Assembly (NCBI GenBank): GCA_028284955.1
Contig: JANQQS010000095.1
Coordinates: 27,076 to 91,075, forward strand
From: Myxococcota bacterium
Lineage (GTDB): Bacteria; Myxococcota_A; Polyangia; Polyangiales; Houyiibacteriaceae
Direction of reading: 5' to 3'
Length of the DNA stretch: 64,000 nucleotides
Positions 10,437 through 18,631 of the stretch are shown here, piece after piece. A program made the translations under genes and the position numbers. The notes below the pieces were generated by a model, which made no database searches, had not been told where the DNA came from, and saw nothing but the letters and a program-made list of their open reading frames with translations. The first letter of the stretch is position 1. Each line of letters opens with the position of its first letter.

Positions 10437-10476
10437 CCAGGGCCCGGCATGCAGTGCGCCGGGCCCTGGCTTTTTT
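10437..10476 (+). terminator. Rho-independent terminator
   Basis: Perfect 12-bp stem ccagggcccggc / gccgggccctgg with a 9-nt loop, then a TTTTTT run. Lies between convergent genes. Confidence 0.8.
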
Positions 10477-10482
10477 AAAACA

Positions 10483-11250
10483 TTAGATGTGCGAAAGAAG
10501 TCGAATCGCGGCTACCCACATGAGCGCCGCCGTCGCCTGCCGTACTCTCAATCCAGACAGACGAAGAATCCCGAACGCATTGCCCAGCCACCCGCCGACC
10601 CACACTGCCGGCACCAACGGCCAATAAGGCACAGCCAACCGCAACGCATCGAGGTCTGAAAGCCTGCTCGCCTGCCCTATCGCTCCGGCCACCGAGTTGA
10701 CGAGAATGAACAGACTGCACGCCGCGGCGATTTGCTTTTCCTCACCCCAGCGCAAGGCGTAGAGAATCGGTGCGAAAAAGATTCCTCCGCCGATACCCAC
10801 CGTTCCCGCAAGCATTCCTGTCGCCGCTCCGAACGCCGCAAGCCAGACACGAGGCACGGGATTGATCGACGCGCGTTCAATCGATACCAACCCAATCGAA
10901 CGACGAGACGCCTGAACGAACATGATTGCGCCAGCGACGAGCAAGGCGCACCCCAGCAACACGACAAACATCTCTTCGCGAATAGGCAACCGGCCACCAA
11001 GCCACGCTGCCGGAACCGAACACATCACTGCGGGCATGATGTCTCGAACGCGAAGCAGCCCTGCGCGCCGGTAACGCAGCACATTCCCGCTCACCACCGC
11101 AACATTGCACGTCAGCGCAACCAGCGGAACGACGCGAAAATCGACGCCGAACAGCACCAACAGCGCGTTGTACGACGAACCGCCACCAAACCCGACGCTG
11201 GCGTAGAGCAACGCGACCACGAAGAAGAGCGCTATCAACACAACGTGCAA
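10483..11250 (-). CDS. TauE/SafE (TSUP, DUF81) family anion exporter
   Basis: 255-aa polytopic membrane protein. N-terminus LLYASVGFGGGSSYNALLVLFG and a second GIGGGIFFAPIL repeat are typical of the family. Confidence 0.85.
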   Translation of the reverse strand: MHVVLIALFFVVALLYASVGFGGGSSYNALLVLFGVDFRVVPLVALTCNVAVVSGNVLRYRRAGLLRVRDIMPAVMCSVPAAWLGGRLPIREEMFVVLLGCALLVAGAIMFVQASRRSIGLVSIERASINPVPRVWLAAFGAATGMLAGTVGIGGGIFFAPILYALRWGEEKQIAAACSLFILVNSVAGAIGQASRLSDLDALRLAVPYWPLVPAVWVGGWLGNAFGILRLSGLRVRQATAALMWVAAIRLLSHI

Positions 11251-11280
11251 CGATCTCTCGTCGGCGCGGCAGGGTCCAGC

Positions 11281-12000
11281 CTAAGAAGCGGAACTCGCGC
11301 AGACCACGAGCCCCCGCTGGACCGCTGGGCGCGCGCCGCATCGTTCAACCCAAGGCTCGATATGGCGAAACGTTGCGTAGCCAAGATGATCTTTTCCGCC
11401 ATAAAAATCGAGCGCCAAAACCCAAGGGTAGAGCGCAATGTCGACCAGCGAAAACGCGTCGCCAACCACATACTCGCGACCCGCAAGCCGGCCATCGAGC
11501 ACGCCGAGCAACCGCTTCGCCTCCGCGCTGTAGCGATTGACGCCGTAGTCGTCGGAGGTCTTGTCGCGGGCAAACTTATAAAAGTGACCGAACTGACCGA
11601 TCATCGGCCCAAAGCCCGCCATCTGGAAAAAGAGCCACTGCATCGCCTCCCACCGTTCGTGCGGCCCTTGAGGCATCAGCGAATTGGTGTTTCCTGCCGC
11701 GCGCGCCTTCTCTGCGAGGTAGAGCAAGATCACGCCCGACTCGAACACCGAACATGACGCTCCCTCAGGCCCGGAAGGATCGACGATGCAGGGAATCTTT
11801 CCGTTTGGATTGATGCGCAAAAACTCTGGATGCCGCTGGTCGCCCGCCGAAAGATCGATGCGATGAGGCTCATAGGGCAACCCGAGTTCCTCGAGCATAA
11901 TCCCCACCTTGCGCCCATTTGGCGTGGCCGCCGAGTAAAGCTGAATCCGATCCGGAAACTGCGCCGGCCAGCGAGAAGGAAACCATTGTTCGGTCATCAA
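11281..12000 (-). CDS. glutathione S-transferase, Nu-class (YfcG/YghU-like)
   Basis: IQLYSAATPNGRKVGIMLEELGLPYEPHRIDLSAGDQRHPEFLRINPNGKIPCIVDP matches the N-terminal thioredoxin-like domain of YfcG/YghU-type GSTs. Confidence 0.85.
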   Translation of the reverse strand: MMTEQWFPSRWPAQFPDRIQLYSAATPNGRKVGIMLEELGLPYEPHRIDLSAGDQRHPEFLRINPNGKIPCIVDPSGPEGASCSVFESGVILLYLAEKARAAGNTNSLMPQGPHERWEAMQWLFFQMAGFGPMIGQFGHFYKFARDKTSDDYGVNRYSAEAKRLLGVLDGRLAGREYVVGDAFSLVDIALYPWVLALDFYGGKDHLGYATFRHIEPWVERCGARPAVQRGLVVCASSAS

Positions 12001-12144
12001 GCCCTCCGTGGATGCGCACCGAGCCTACACTGGGAGCATGGAATCGGCATTCTGCGCTGCTTCAGTAGGCACGAATACGTTTCTCCAGCCGGTGCACTTT
12101 CCCCACTATTTGTCACGCAGCCCACGAGACGTTCCGCCTAAAGG

Positions 12145-13683
12145 ATGCAACAATCTTGTTTGGTGCGTCGGGTTGCTTCGGGTTTCGTTTCTGCGTGCGC
12201 GCTGCTTGATGGCGCCCTCGCGGCACGGACGAGCGTGCAGCCGACATTCGCGCTCGGCCTCGCAGTCGCGCTTGTCGGGGCCACCGCAGGCTGCCGGTCC
12301 GGGCTTGAGAGCATCAACGTAACCGTCAACGAAGACGCCTCGACGACCAGTTCGCCAGACGGCTCAAGCTCCATCGTCGATGCCCGCGACTCAGGTGGCG
12401 ACGAATTCACTATGGCCATGCTCACCCCGGGACAAATGCGGGTAGTGCTCGATAGCCTCGATGCGCCGCCATCCGCGATAACCTATGACCCCGCAGCATC
12501 CTGGTCGACCGCGGCGCCCATCAGCGGAGACGCGGGGCTCACGCGATGGACCATCGCCCGCGCGCGCTTTGGCTCGGACCCGAAAGAAATCGTGGCCCTA
12601 CTCGGAGCGGCCGAGCAGGGACCACAAATGACCCTGTTGCGGCTCAGCGAAGGCCGGTGGAGCCCCGAATGGACCGAGCGACTAGACGCCGACATCGCCG
12701 CGCTCGAAACCCGAAACGCCGACATCGCGTTCGAATCAGAAACGGGCCACGCACTTGCCGTGTTCTCTGACGGCTCGGCGCGACCCAAATACCGATACCT
12801 CGAGAGCGGCAGCTGGTCCGATGCCGAGGCGGTGCCTATCAACGATGGTTCTGGTCCCGCGCCCGACTTGAGCGCAGACGACGTCCGCTGGATTCGACTC
12901 GTGCCCAGCCCTGCGCGGGAAATCACGCTCATTTACGCCGATGCAAGCGGCGCGATCGGCGCGATGATCTGGACGGGAAGCGAGTGGGACCAGAGCACCG
13001 CCATCGTCCTTCGAGACACCGAGGCAAGCCTCATTCTTCAACCTTTCGACGCGGCCTACGAAACGGATTCAGGCGAACTGCTCGTGGTATGGGATGAGGT
13101 GGCGGGGTTTGGGTTTGCGTCACGACAAGCGGGGCAGCCCAACTGGACGCTCGGAACACCAATCGACGTGCGCGACTTCGGCGTCCACGCGGTACACATG
13201 AGCGCCGCGCCCTCCGGCGACCACATCGCCCTCGGCATGGCCGACGTAACCGGGAATACCCGCCTCGCGCTCGCGACCTGGACCGGCGACGCATGGGTCA
13301 ACGAGCGAAAATACGACCTCAACATCCGCGGAGGCCCCGGCGACGCACCGGTGGCGGTTGCATGGCAAACCGCAGAGCGCGCCATCTGCGTATACGCCGA
13401 CCTGGACAGCTCAGAACTCAACTGGGCAACCTGGACCGCCGCGGACGGGTGGGACGTCCAGCCCGACGCACAAATGCCCGACTCAATGATGGAAACCGAA
13501 TCCGTCAGACTCCTGCGCACCGAAAACAACACCGCAACCGCCATCATCCTCGACGCCGGCGGCCTCCTCTACGGCGCCCGCTACGACGGCACCACCTGGA
13601 CCGAACTCCCCTCCACCGGCGCCCTCGGCCCCGCGCGACTAGCCACCGACTCAGTGCTCTTCGACATCTACGCGCGCCCGTAA
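12145..13683 (+). CDS. hypothetical lipoprotein
   Basis: 512-aa ORF with lipobox LVGATAGC. No recognisable domain. Confidence 0.6.
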   Translation: MQQSCLVRRVASGFVSACALLDGALAARTSVQPTFALGLAVALVGATAGCRSGLESINVTVNEDASTTSSPDGSSSIVDARDSGGDEFTMAMLTPGQMRVVLDSLDAPPSAITYDPAASWSTAAPISGDAGLTRWTIARARFGSDPKEIVALLGAAEQGPQMTLLRLSEGRWSPEWTERLDADIAALETRNADIAFESETGHALAVFSDGSARPKYRYLESGSWSDAEAVPINDGSGPAPDLSADDVRWIRLVPSPAREITLIYADASGAIGAMIWTGSEWDQSTAIVLRDTEASLILQPFDAAYETDSGELLVVWDEVAGFGFASRQAGQPNWTLGTPIDVRDFGVHAVHMSAAPSGDHIALGMADVTGNTRLALATWTGDAWVNERKYDLNIRGGPGDAPVAVAWQTAERAICVYADLDSSELNWATWTAADGWDVQPDAQMPDSMMETESVRLLRTENNTATAIILDAGGLLYGARYDGTTWTELPSTGALGPARLATDSVLFDIYARP

Positions 13684-13965
13684 TCGAGACCGCAAAGGCT
13701 TCGCAAAAAGCCTGGAAACGGAGTCGAAATCACGCTGAGCATGGGGACATCTGACCACAGCGCTGTTGAGATTTTTGGAATGAACCTGGCTCCACACCGT
13801 TTCACACCCACCTCCGTGTTCGTCTTCGGCACTGCCCGAAAGACACTCCCCAGTTACTTCAGCCATACGCGAGATCAACATGCCGTCGGAACACAGCACA
13901 ATGAAACATCGGCGCAGCGGCACGCTATTTGCGTAACTCGCAGATTGTTTCTCAGTGAACCATCT

Positions 13966-14811
13966 ATGGGACGAACTCAGTTCTTTTCGAAAGCGACTTC
14001 TATGCAGTACAGCCGGCCGGTCTCAAGCATCCTGTCGTACGTCACATATGCCGTGCTGTTCGCATCGCTCGGATTTTCGGGCTGTTCAGCCCAAACCTCA
14101 GAGCCGGTTTCCGAACAGAAAGCAACCGGAGGGAACCGTTCAGTTTCATGGGGCAATGCGGTAAACGCAGCGGACCAGCTGCGGCCGTTTCTGGAACAGG
14201 TCGACGAAGCCACGTACGCCAACTCCTCTGCGGTAACATCTGGGACAATATCCTACGGGGACCAGCACACGACGTTCACAAAACTTCTACAACTTCACAG
14301 CGAGCTCGCTGCGCCTGCGGAACCTCTTATCGCCGATAGACAGCCGCGACGGGCGCTATCATGGGCGCAAGTCATTCAACCATCTTCGGGTTCCGATTTG
14401 CTGGCAGTTACTCAGCGGTACCTGCTCGATGAAACCGACACGAGTATGCAGTCGGGCACGATAGCGGATGTCATATTACTACTCGCCCCGGGCCTTGCGC
14501 CAAAGGTGGTCGTGGGGGTTTTGAGCTGGCGTAACGTCGATTTGAATGCGCTCGATTGGAATGATGAAGCCACGATCTCCTCCGCATCCAATCGATTCAC
14601 GCACGACCTGTTTGTGGTCGACACAGAAACGAAAACCGTCCACCCCACAGCAGCTACCGCACGCGGAGGTTTGTGCACGGCCGTGTACACAGCGGGTTTC
14701 ACTTTTGCTGCCGCTACCCTCGGACTCGGAATCCCGGTAGCTCTGGCAGGATTCGGTCTTGGCCTCGTAGTCGGCGTAGTGAAATGTACTAATGCAGGGG
14801 TGCCCTTGTAA
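13966..14811 (+). CDS. hypothetical lipoprotein with C-terminal Gly-rich hydrophobic segment
   Basis: The ORF track starts at 13741, but the signal peptide and lipobox (LFASLGFSGCSAQTSEP) follow the ATG at 13966 (alternative start 14002). C-terminal GLGIPVALAGFGLGLVVGVV. Looks lower in GC than its surroundings. Confidence 0.55.
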   Translation: MGRTQFFSKATSMQYSRPVSSILSYVTYAVLFASLGFSGCSAQTSEPVSEQKATGGNRSVSWGNAVNAADQLRPFLEQVDEATYANSSAVTSGTISYGDQHTTFTKLLQLHSELAAPAEPLIADRQPRRALSWAQVIQPSSGSDLLAVTQRYLLDETDTSMQSGTIADVILLLAPGLAPKVVVGVLSWRNVDLNALDWNDEATISSASNRFTHDLFVVDTETKTVHPTAATARGGLCTAVYTAGFTFAAATLGLGIPVALAGFGLGLVVGVVKCTNAGVPL

Positions 14812-14817
14812 AAACTC

Positions 14818-15149
14818 GAGAAGCGTCCCACGGAGAAGCGTCCCGGGGTCACTTAGCGGAGAAGCGTCCGGAGAAGCGTCCCGGGGTCACTTTCGTCCGA
14901 CGCGACGAATCCGTTCGCACAGTGAAATGTCCCACAGTGAAACACAGTGAAATGTCCCGGGGTCGACTACGGGGTGGAAGTGAAATGTCACGGAGAAGCA
15001 ACGTCCGAGAAGCTTGACGAGAAGCTTCCCGGGGTCAATCTCCCGCAACTGAAAACAATGTCCCGCGCCAGCGCGAGAAACGTCCCGAAAAACGTCCCGG
15101 GTTCACTTTCGAAGGGAGAAGCGTCCCGCGCGCTGTGAAACGTCCCGCG
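14818..15149 (+). repeat. array of about 15 degenerate copies of G[AT]GAA[AG][CT]GTCCC(GGGGTCAC) (REP-like)
   Basis: Read directly: gagaagcgtcccggggtcac twice; gtgaaatgtcccggggtcgac; gagaagcttcccggggtcaa; aaaaacgtcccgggttcac; several truncated copies. Lies immediately 3' of the RAYT-like gene. Confidence 0.85.
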
Positions 15150-15354
15150 ATCAATCGCCGTCGCGAGTCTCGGGCATCGTCACGTTCCGCACCTCAGGCA
15201 AACGTCACGACGGGGCAAAGCAAGTTCTGGAAAAGTCCAGTCGAAGCCATCCTGCAAGTGCTCGCAACAACGTCCAACAGGGTCTGAGAACGTGCGCGGG
15301 TGGCTAAAACGCCTCTGCAGCCCGCTGTCTTGAGAGGTGCCTCCTCCGCGCAGT

Positions 15355-16272
15355 CTACGACTGGGAAGTCGCGGAGAGCAACCGGCGCATCCTCCACGTT
15401 CCATCTGGAAACGGAACATTCCGCTCGCCCGCATGAAAGCGCGAGAGCGCTTCCCGATAAGCTTGTTGAAAAGCTCGAAGCTTCGTTCGAATCGCCTCAA
15501 ACGCTACCGCAACGACAGCTACAAACCGAGGGCTCCGGGACGGTTTTCGGTGCACGTTGCACGGAGCTGCCTTTGGCGAACGATTGAGAGCTTGTTCGGC
15601 GCCCACAAATCGGTGCCGCCCTTGCGTTCTCAGTCGCATCCGAGCTTCCCGCGTGGCTTCCGCATCACTTTCCCGCAACATCTCATGATAGCGATCTTCT
15701 CGTCGGGCCTTGCTTTCTCCTCGCTGTTCCGCCACGAAATGGTCCGGAACGTGGATGCGAAGCGTTGCCCGCTCGGGACCACAGCGATCAGTCATCCACG
15801 ACGGTCTGGTCGCGTCCAGCTGTCGGGTGCCAGCTGGCGTCAGAGTACCAGGCCAATCGTTGGGTCTCTTGACCAGTTGCGCCTCGGTCGGATTGGTATG
15901 GGTGTAGCGCATCATCTTCCAGAACCCCTCCTCGCTGGCCAGGATTTGATCTCCAGTGGATTTGCTCGGCTCGAAGATCGCTCCCTGAATTCTTCGTACG
16001 CGTTGCAGCCCAAGCGCGATGGTTCGATGCACCCAGTTGAGAAACTCCGGTAGTCGCCCTTCTCGGTCGAATACGTTCGCGTGATAGTGATTCGACATCA
16101 CGGTGATGCGAAGCACCTCCACCTGAAAGCGGGCTGAGCCTACTGCGAAGCAGTAGACGACTAAGTTTCTCACTTCAGCATCGGGAAGAAGCAGAAACTG
16201 TCGCCCAACGCAGCGACGCACGATGTGGTGGTACGTGTCCGGTTCAATCATTCGAGGTCGGGTCATGGACAT
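15355..16272 (-). CDS. REP-associated tyrosine transposase-like protein (IS200/IS605 Y1 HUH family, COG1943)
   Basis: DTYHHIVRRCVGRQFLL, then the HUH motif in VMSNHYHANV, then the tyrosine motif MRYTHTNPTEAQLVKRPNDWPG. No second transposase or TnpB ORF alongside it. Confidence 0.8.
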   Translation of the reverse strand: MSMTRPRMIEPDTYHHIVRRCVGRQFLLLPDAEVRNLVVYCFAVGSARFQVEVLRITVMSNHYHANVFDREGRLPEFLNWVHRTIALGLQRVRRIQGAIFEPSKSTGDQILASEEGFWKMMRYTHTNPTEAQLVKRPNDWPGTLTPAGTRQLDATRPSWMTDRCGPERATLRIHVPDHFVAEQRGESKARREDRYHEMLRESDAEATREARMRLRTQGRHRFVGAEQALNRSPKAAPCNVHRKPSRSPRFVAVVAVAFEAIRTKLRAFQQAYREALSRFHAGERNVPFPDGTWRMRRLLSATSQS

Positions 16273-16312
16273 TTATCGGCGCTCCGCGTCGTCAGTTGCT
16301 TGTGCGGTCGCA

Positions 16313-16329
16313 AAATCGACCCCGGGTCG
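16313..16329 (+). repeat. single copy of the 17-mer AAATCGACCCCGGGTCG, 41 bp upstream of the RAYT start
   Basis: Exact match to the five copies at 18225-18459. Confidence 0.8.
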
Positions 16330-16443
16330 AAAGGGAGGAAGAGGGGGTCGAACTTCTTGTGTCCGGTTCAGTATCCCTGAGTGTCTTCTTACCAATGGCG
16401 GCGATTGCTGCTGCCAAAGAAACTCGGAAAAGGACGTATTGCT

Positions 16444-16902
16444 ATGCAAACTTGGCTACAAGAACATGCCGTATCTGTGCTCAGCGTCGCTGTTTCGCTA
16501 AGCGTGGCTTGCTCTGCACAAACAAATGAACCTGGCTTTTTGACAGAGACAACGAAAGCAACATCTCCGCCACCAGATAGCGAAGGCGTTGTTCATCATG
16601 TCTATCTCAATGAACTGCTTCCGGAGCTTGATGCTGAGCAACGTCACACAATCGAAGCGCTTCGAACGAGACTCGAAGAGGAACACGCGAATGGCGCGGA
16701 GTCGATCGAACTCGCAAGCGATGACCCAATGTACCAAGCATTGATAGCGATTCCTGCAATCCAGAGAATCGTTTGGAACTTGGGTTGCGTCGCAGCGGTA
16801 GGGACCGTAAGCGTCGTCGCGGCGCTCGCAACCAACGCTCTCGGCGGCGCAATCGTCTTGGGCCTTGGATTGGGTCTCTGTGAAGGCCGCCAAGACGCAT
16901 AA
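16444..16902 (+). CDS. hypothetical lipoprotein with C-terminal Gly-rich hydrophobic segment
   Basis: Signal and lipobox VAVSLSVACSAQTNEP after the ATG at 16444 (ORF track 16381). C-terminal GGAIVLGLGLGLC. Resembles the 13966..14811 product at both ends. Confidence 0.55.
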   Translation: MQTWLQEHAVSVLSVAVSLSVACSAQTNEPGFLTETTKATSPPPDSEGVVHHVYLNELLPELDAEQRHTIEALRTRLEEEHANGAESIELASDDPMYQALIAIPAIQRIVWNLGCVAAVGTVSVVAALATNALGGAIVLGLGLGLCEGRQDA

Positions 16903-16961
16903 ACGCAGTCGCCGGACTCGCTCGCGGTGAAAGGAGCGAGTTCGAAGTTCAGAGCTTCCGA

Positions 16962-18137
16962 ATGCCGCCGTTTTCATCTTGGGTGAGCTGTGGGCGATAC
17001 GCGCTTGTCGCTTTGTTTTTTATTCTCGGTTGCTACCGATCTCTTGTACTGCCTCGGTCGAATGAATCGGAAATCGAGGACGCATCCGTGCCGGCAGACG
17101 CCGCCGTTACGGATGGACCATCGTCTTCTCGCATGTCGGACGCAGGAAGCGATGCCGGACGCGTCGAAGCTGGCCCGCTACTCCCTCAACCTGATGTTGG
17201 CAGCGCCGACTTGCCGGACTCACCCCCCAATGACGATACTGAACCCGAAGATCCAGGTCGCCCCGACGTACCCGGGGCCTCTGGAATCGACCCCATCGAC
17301 CCACTCGCTCGTTTTCACATCGAGCTGCTCTTTGTCGACGAGCTGCCGGTGGAACAACAGCTTCTTTTTCGCAATGCCGCCGCCCGTTGGGAACGTTACA
17401 TCAGCTCTGAGCTCGAGGATGTAGTTGTGGAGCGTACCTTTTGCGGCGTGCCCAGCGAGCTGCTCCCGTTCGAAGTTGACGATTTGGTGGTGGTGGTTTC
17501 GGTTCCGGACATCGACGGCGAGGGCGGCATTGTCGGCGCCGCAGGGCCACGCTGCGTTCGTTTACCACGCGATGAACGGGGAAACGTGACCGCATTTCTT
17601 CCCGCAACTGCGTCGATTCAAATCGATCGCGCGGATCTCAATCTACTCGTCGCTCGAGACCAACTTGGCATTGTCGTACTCCACGAACTCGGCCATGCGC
17701 TGGGAATCGGCAGTGGATGGCGCGGTCTCAATCTACTTGAAAACCCAGTATGCAATCCGGAAACCGGAGCATGCGGCTCTGGCGATCCCCGCTATCGAGG
17801 AAGCGAAGGAGTCGAGGCTTGGGAGGCTCTGGGATTCCTCGGTTTCGTTCCGGTCGAAGCGTTCGGCGGCTCCGGCAGCGCAGACAGTCACTGGCGCGAA
17901 TCCATCTTCGGCAACGAACTCATGAGCCCCACCCTATCGTCCTCCGATAGGCAAACCCCCATCAGTTCCGTCACGCTCGGTGCGCTGGAAGACCTCGGTT
18001 ACTCCCGCACCGCAGTCATCGCCGACGACTTCGTCCCGCTCGCCTCATCATTGCGCGCCGACGAGCCCGCCGCCGCCCTCTCAATGCAAGACGATGTGCT
18101 CCAGCTCCCGATATACGAAATCAGGCCCAGACTGTAA
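16962..18137 (+). CDS. secreted zinc metalloprotease, leishmanolysin-like (peptidase M8 family)
   Basis: Lipobox FILGC. HExxH in VVLHELGHALGIG. The downstream motif ADSHWRESIFGNELMSP is characteristic of M8/leishmanolysin. Confidence 0.75.
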   Translation: MPPFSSWVSCGRYALVALFFILGCYRSLVLPRSNESEIEDASVPADAAVTDGPSSSRMSDAGSDAGRVEAGPLLPQPDVGSADLPDSPPNDDTEPEDPGRPDVPGASGIDPIDPLARFHIELLFVDELPVEQQLLFRNAAARWERYISSELEDVVVERTFCGVPSELLPFEVDDLVVVVSVPDIDGEGGIVGAAGPRCVRLPRDERGNVTAFLPATASIQIDRADLNLLVARDQLGIVVLHELGHALGIGSGWRGLNLLENPVCNPETGACGSGDPRYRGSEGVEAWEALGFLGFVPVEAFGGSGSADSHWRESIFGNELMSPTLSSSDRQTPISSVTLGALEDLGYSRTAVIADDFVPLASSLRADEPAAALSMQDDVLQLPIYEIRPRL

Positions 18138-18207
18138 CGGCATGTTCTGGCTCAGGATGTCCGCGACTCACCAAAATTTGAGACCCTTGCCCGGGCAGGT
18201 GTGGCGG

Positions 18208-18548
18208 GAATCGAAACGGGGTCAAAATCGACCCCGGGTCGGGTCGCGGGGTCGGGGTCGGGGTCGCGGGGTCGCGCTGTCGGGTCGCGCTGGACCCCGA
18301 CAGAAATCGACCCCGGGTCGAGGGGTCCGGGGTCGGGTCGCGGAAATCGACCCCGGGTCGCGGGGTCCGGCGGCGGGGTCCGGCGGGGTCCAGGGTCGGC
18401 GCGACAGAAATCGACCCCGGGTCGCGGGGTCGGGGTCGACAGAAATCGACCCCGGGTCGCGGGGTCGGACCCCGCGGGGTCGGCAGGGTCGAGGGGTCGG
18501 GGGTCACCCCCGGGGTCGAGGGGTCGCGGCAGAACGGGGTCGCGGCAG
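18208..18548 (+). repeat. GGGGTCG-rich repeat array with five exact copies of AAATCGACCCCGGGTCG (REP-like)
   Basis: 17-mer at 18225, 18304, 18344, 18408 and 18443. Longer unit CGACAGAAATCGACCCCGGGTCGCGGGGTC occurs about three times. Spacing is irregular (79, 40, 64, 35 bp). The filler is (G)GGGTCG repeats. Confidence 0.9.
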
Positions 18549-18631
18549 CCGTAGCAGCTGGCACCGGGTCGCAGCGGGGCGACGAACGGGGCAGCTGGTG
18601 TGCCGAAAGAGACGGGAATCAGGACAAGCTG

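Noticed and set aside
10732-11757. Long ORFs antisense to well-supported genes. Examples: 10732..11757, 8930..9916, 7946..8656, 26618..27670, 28295..29104, 39438..40331, 39661..40449, 46252..47007, 47304..48134, 55882..56931, 55932..57254, 22058..22720.
   Set aside because: Each lies opposite a gene with clear family motifs. The translations are Arg/Pro/Gly-rich with no domain signatures. Long stop-free antisense frames are expected in high-GC DNA.
18208-18548. Possible CRISPR array, given the repeated 17-mer with intervening sequence.
   Set aside because: Repeat spacing is irregular (79, 40, 64 and 35 bp). The supposed spacers are themselves GGGGTCG-type repeats rather than unique sequences. 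The repeat is only 17 nt. No cas genes are present in the window.
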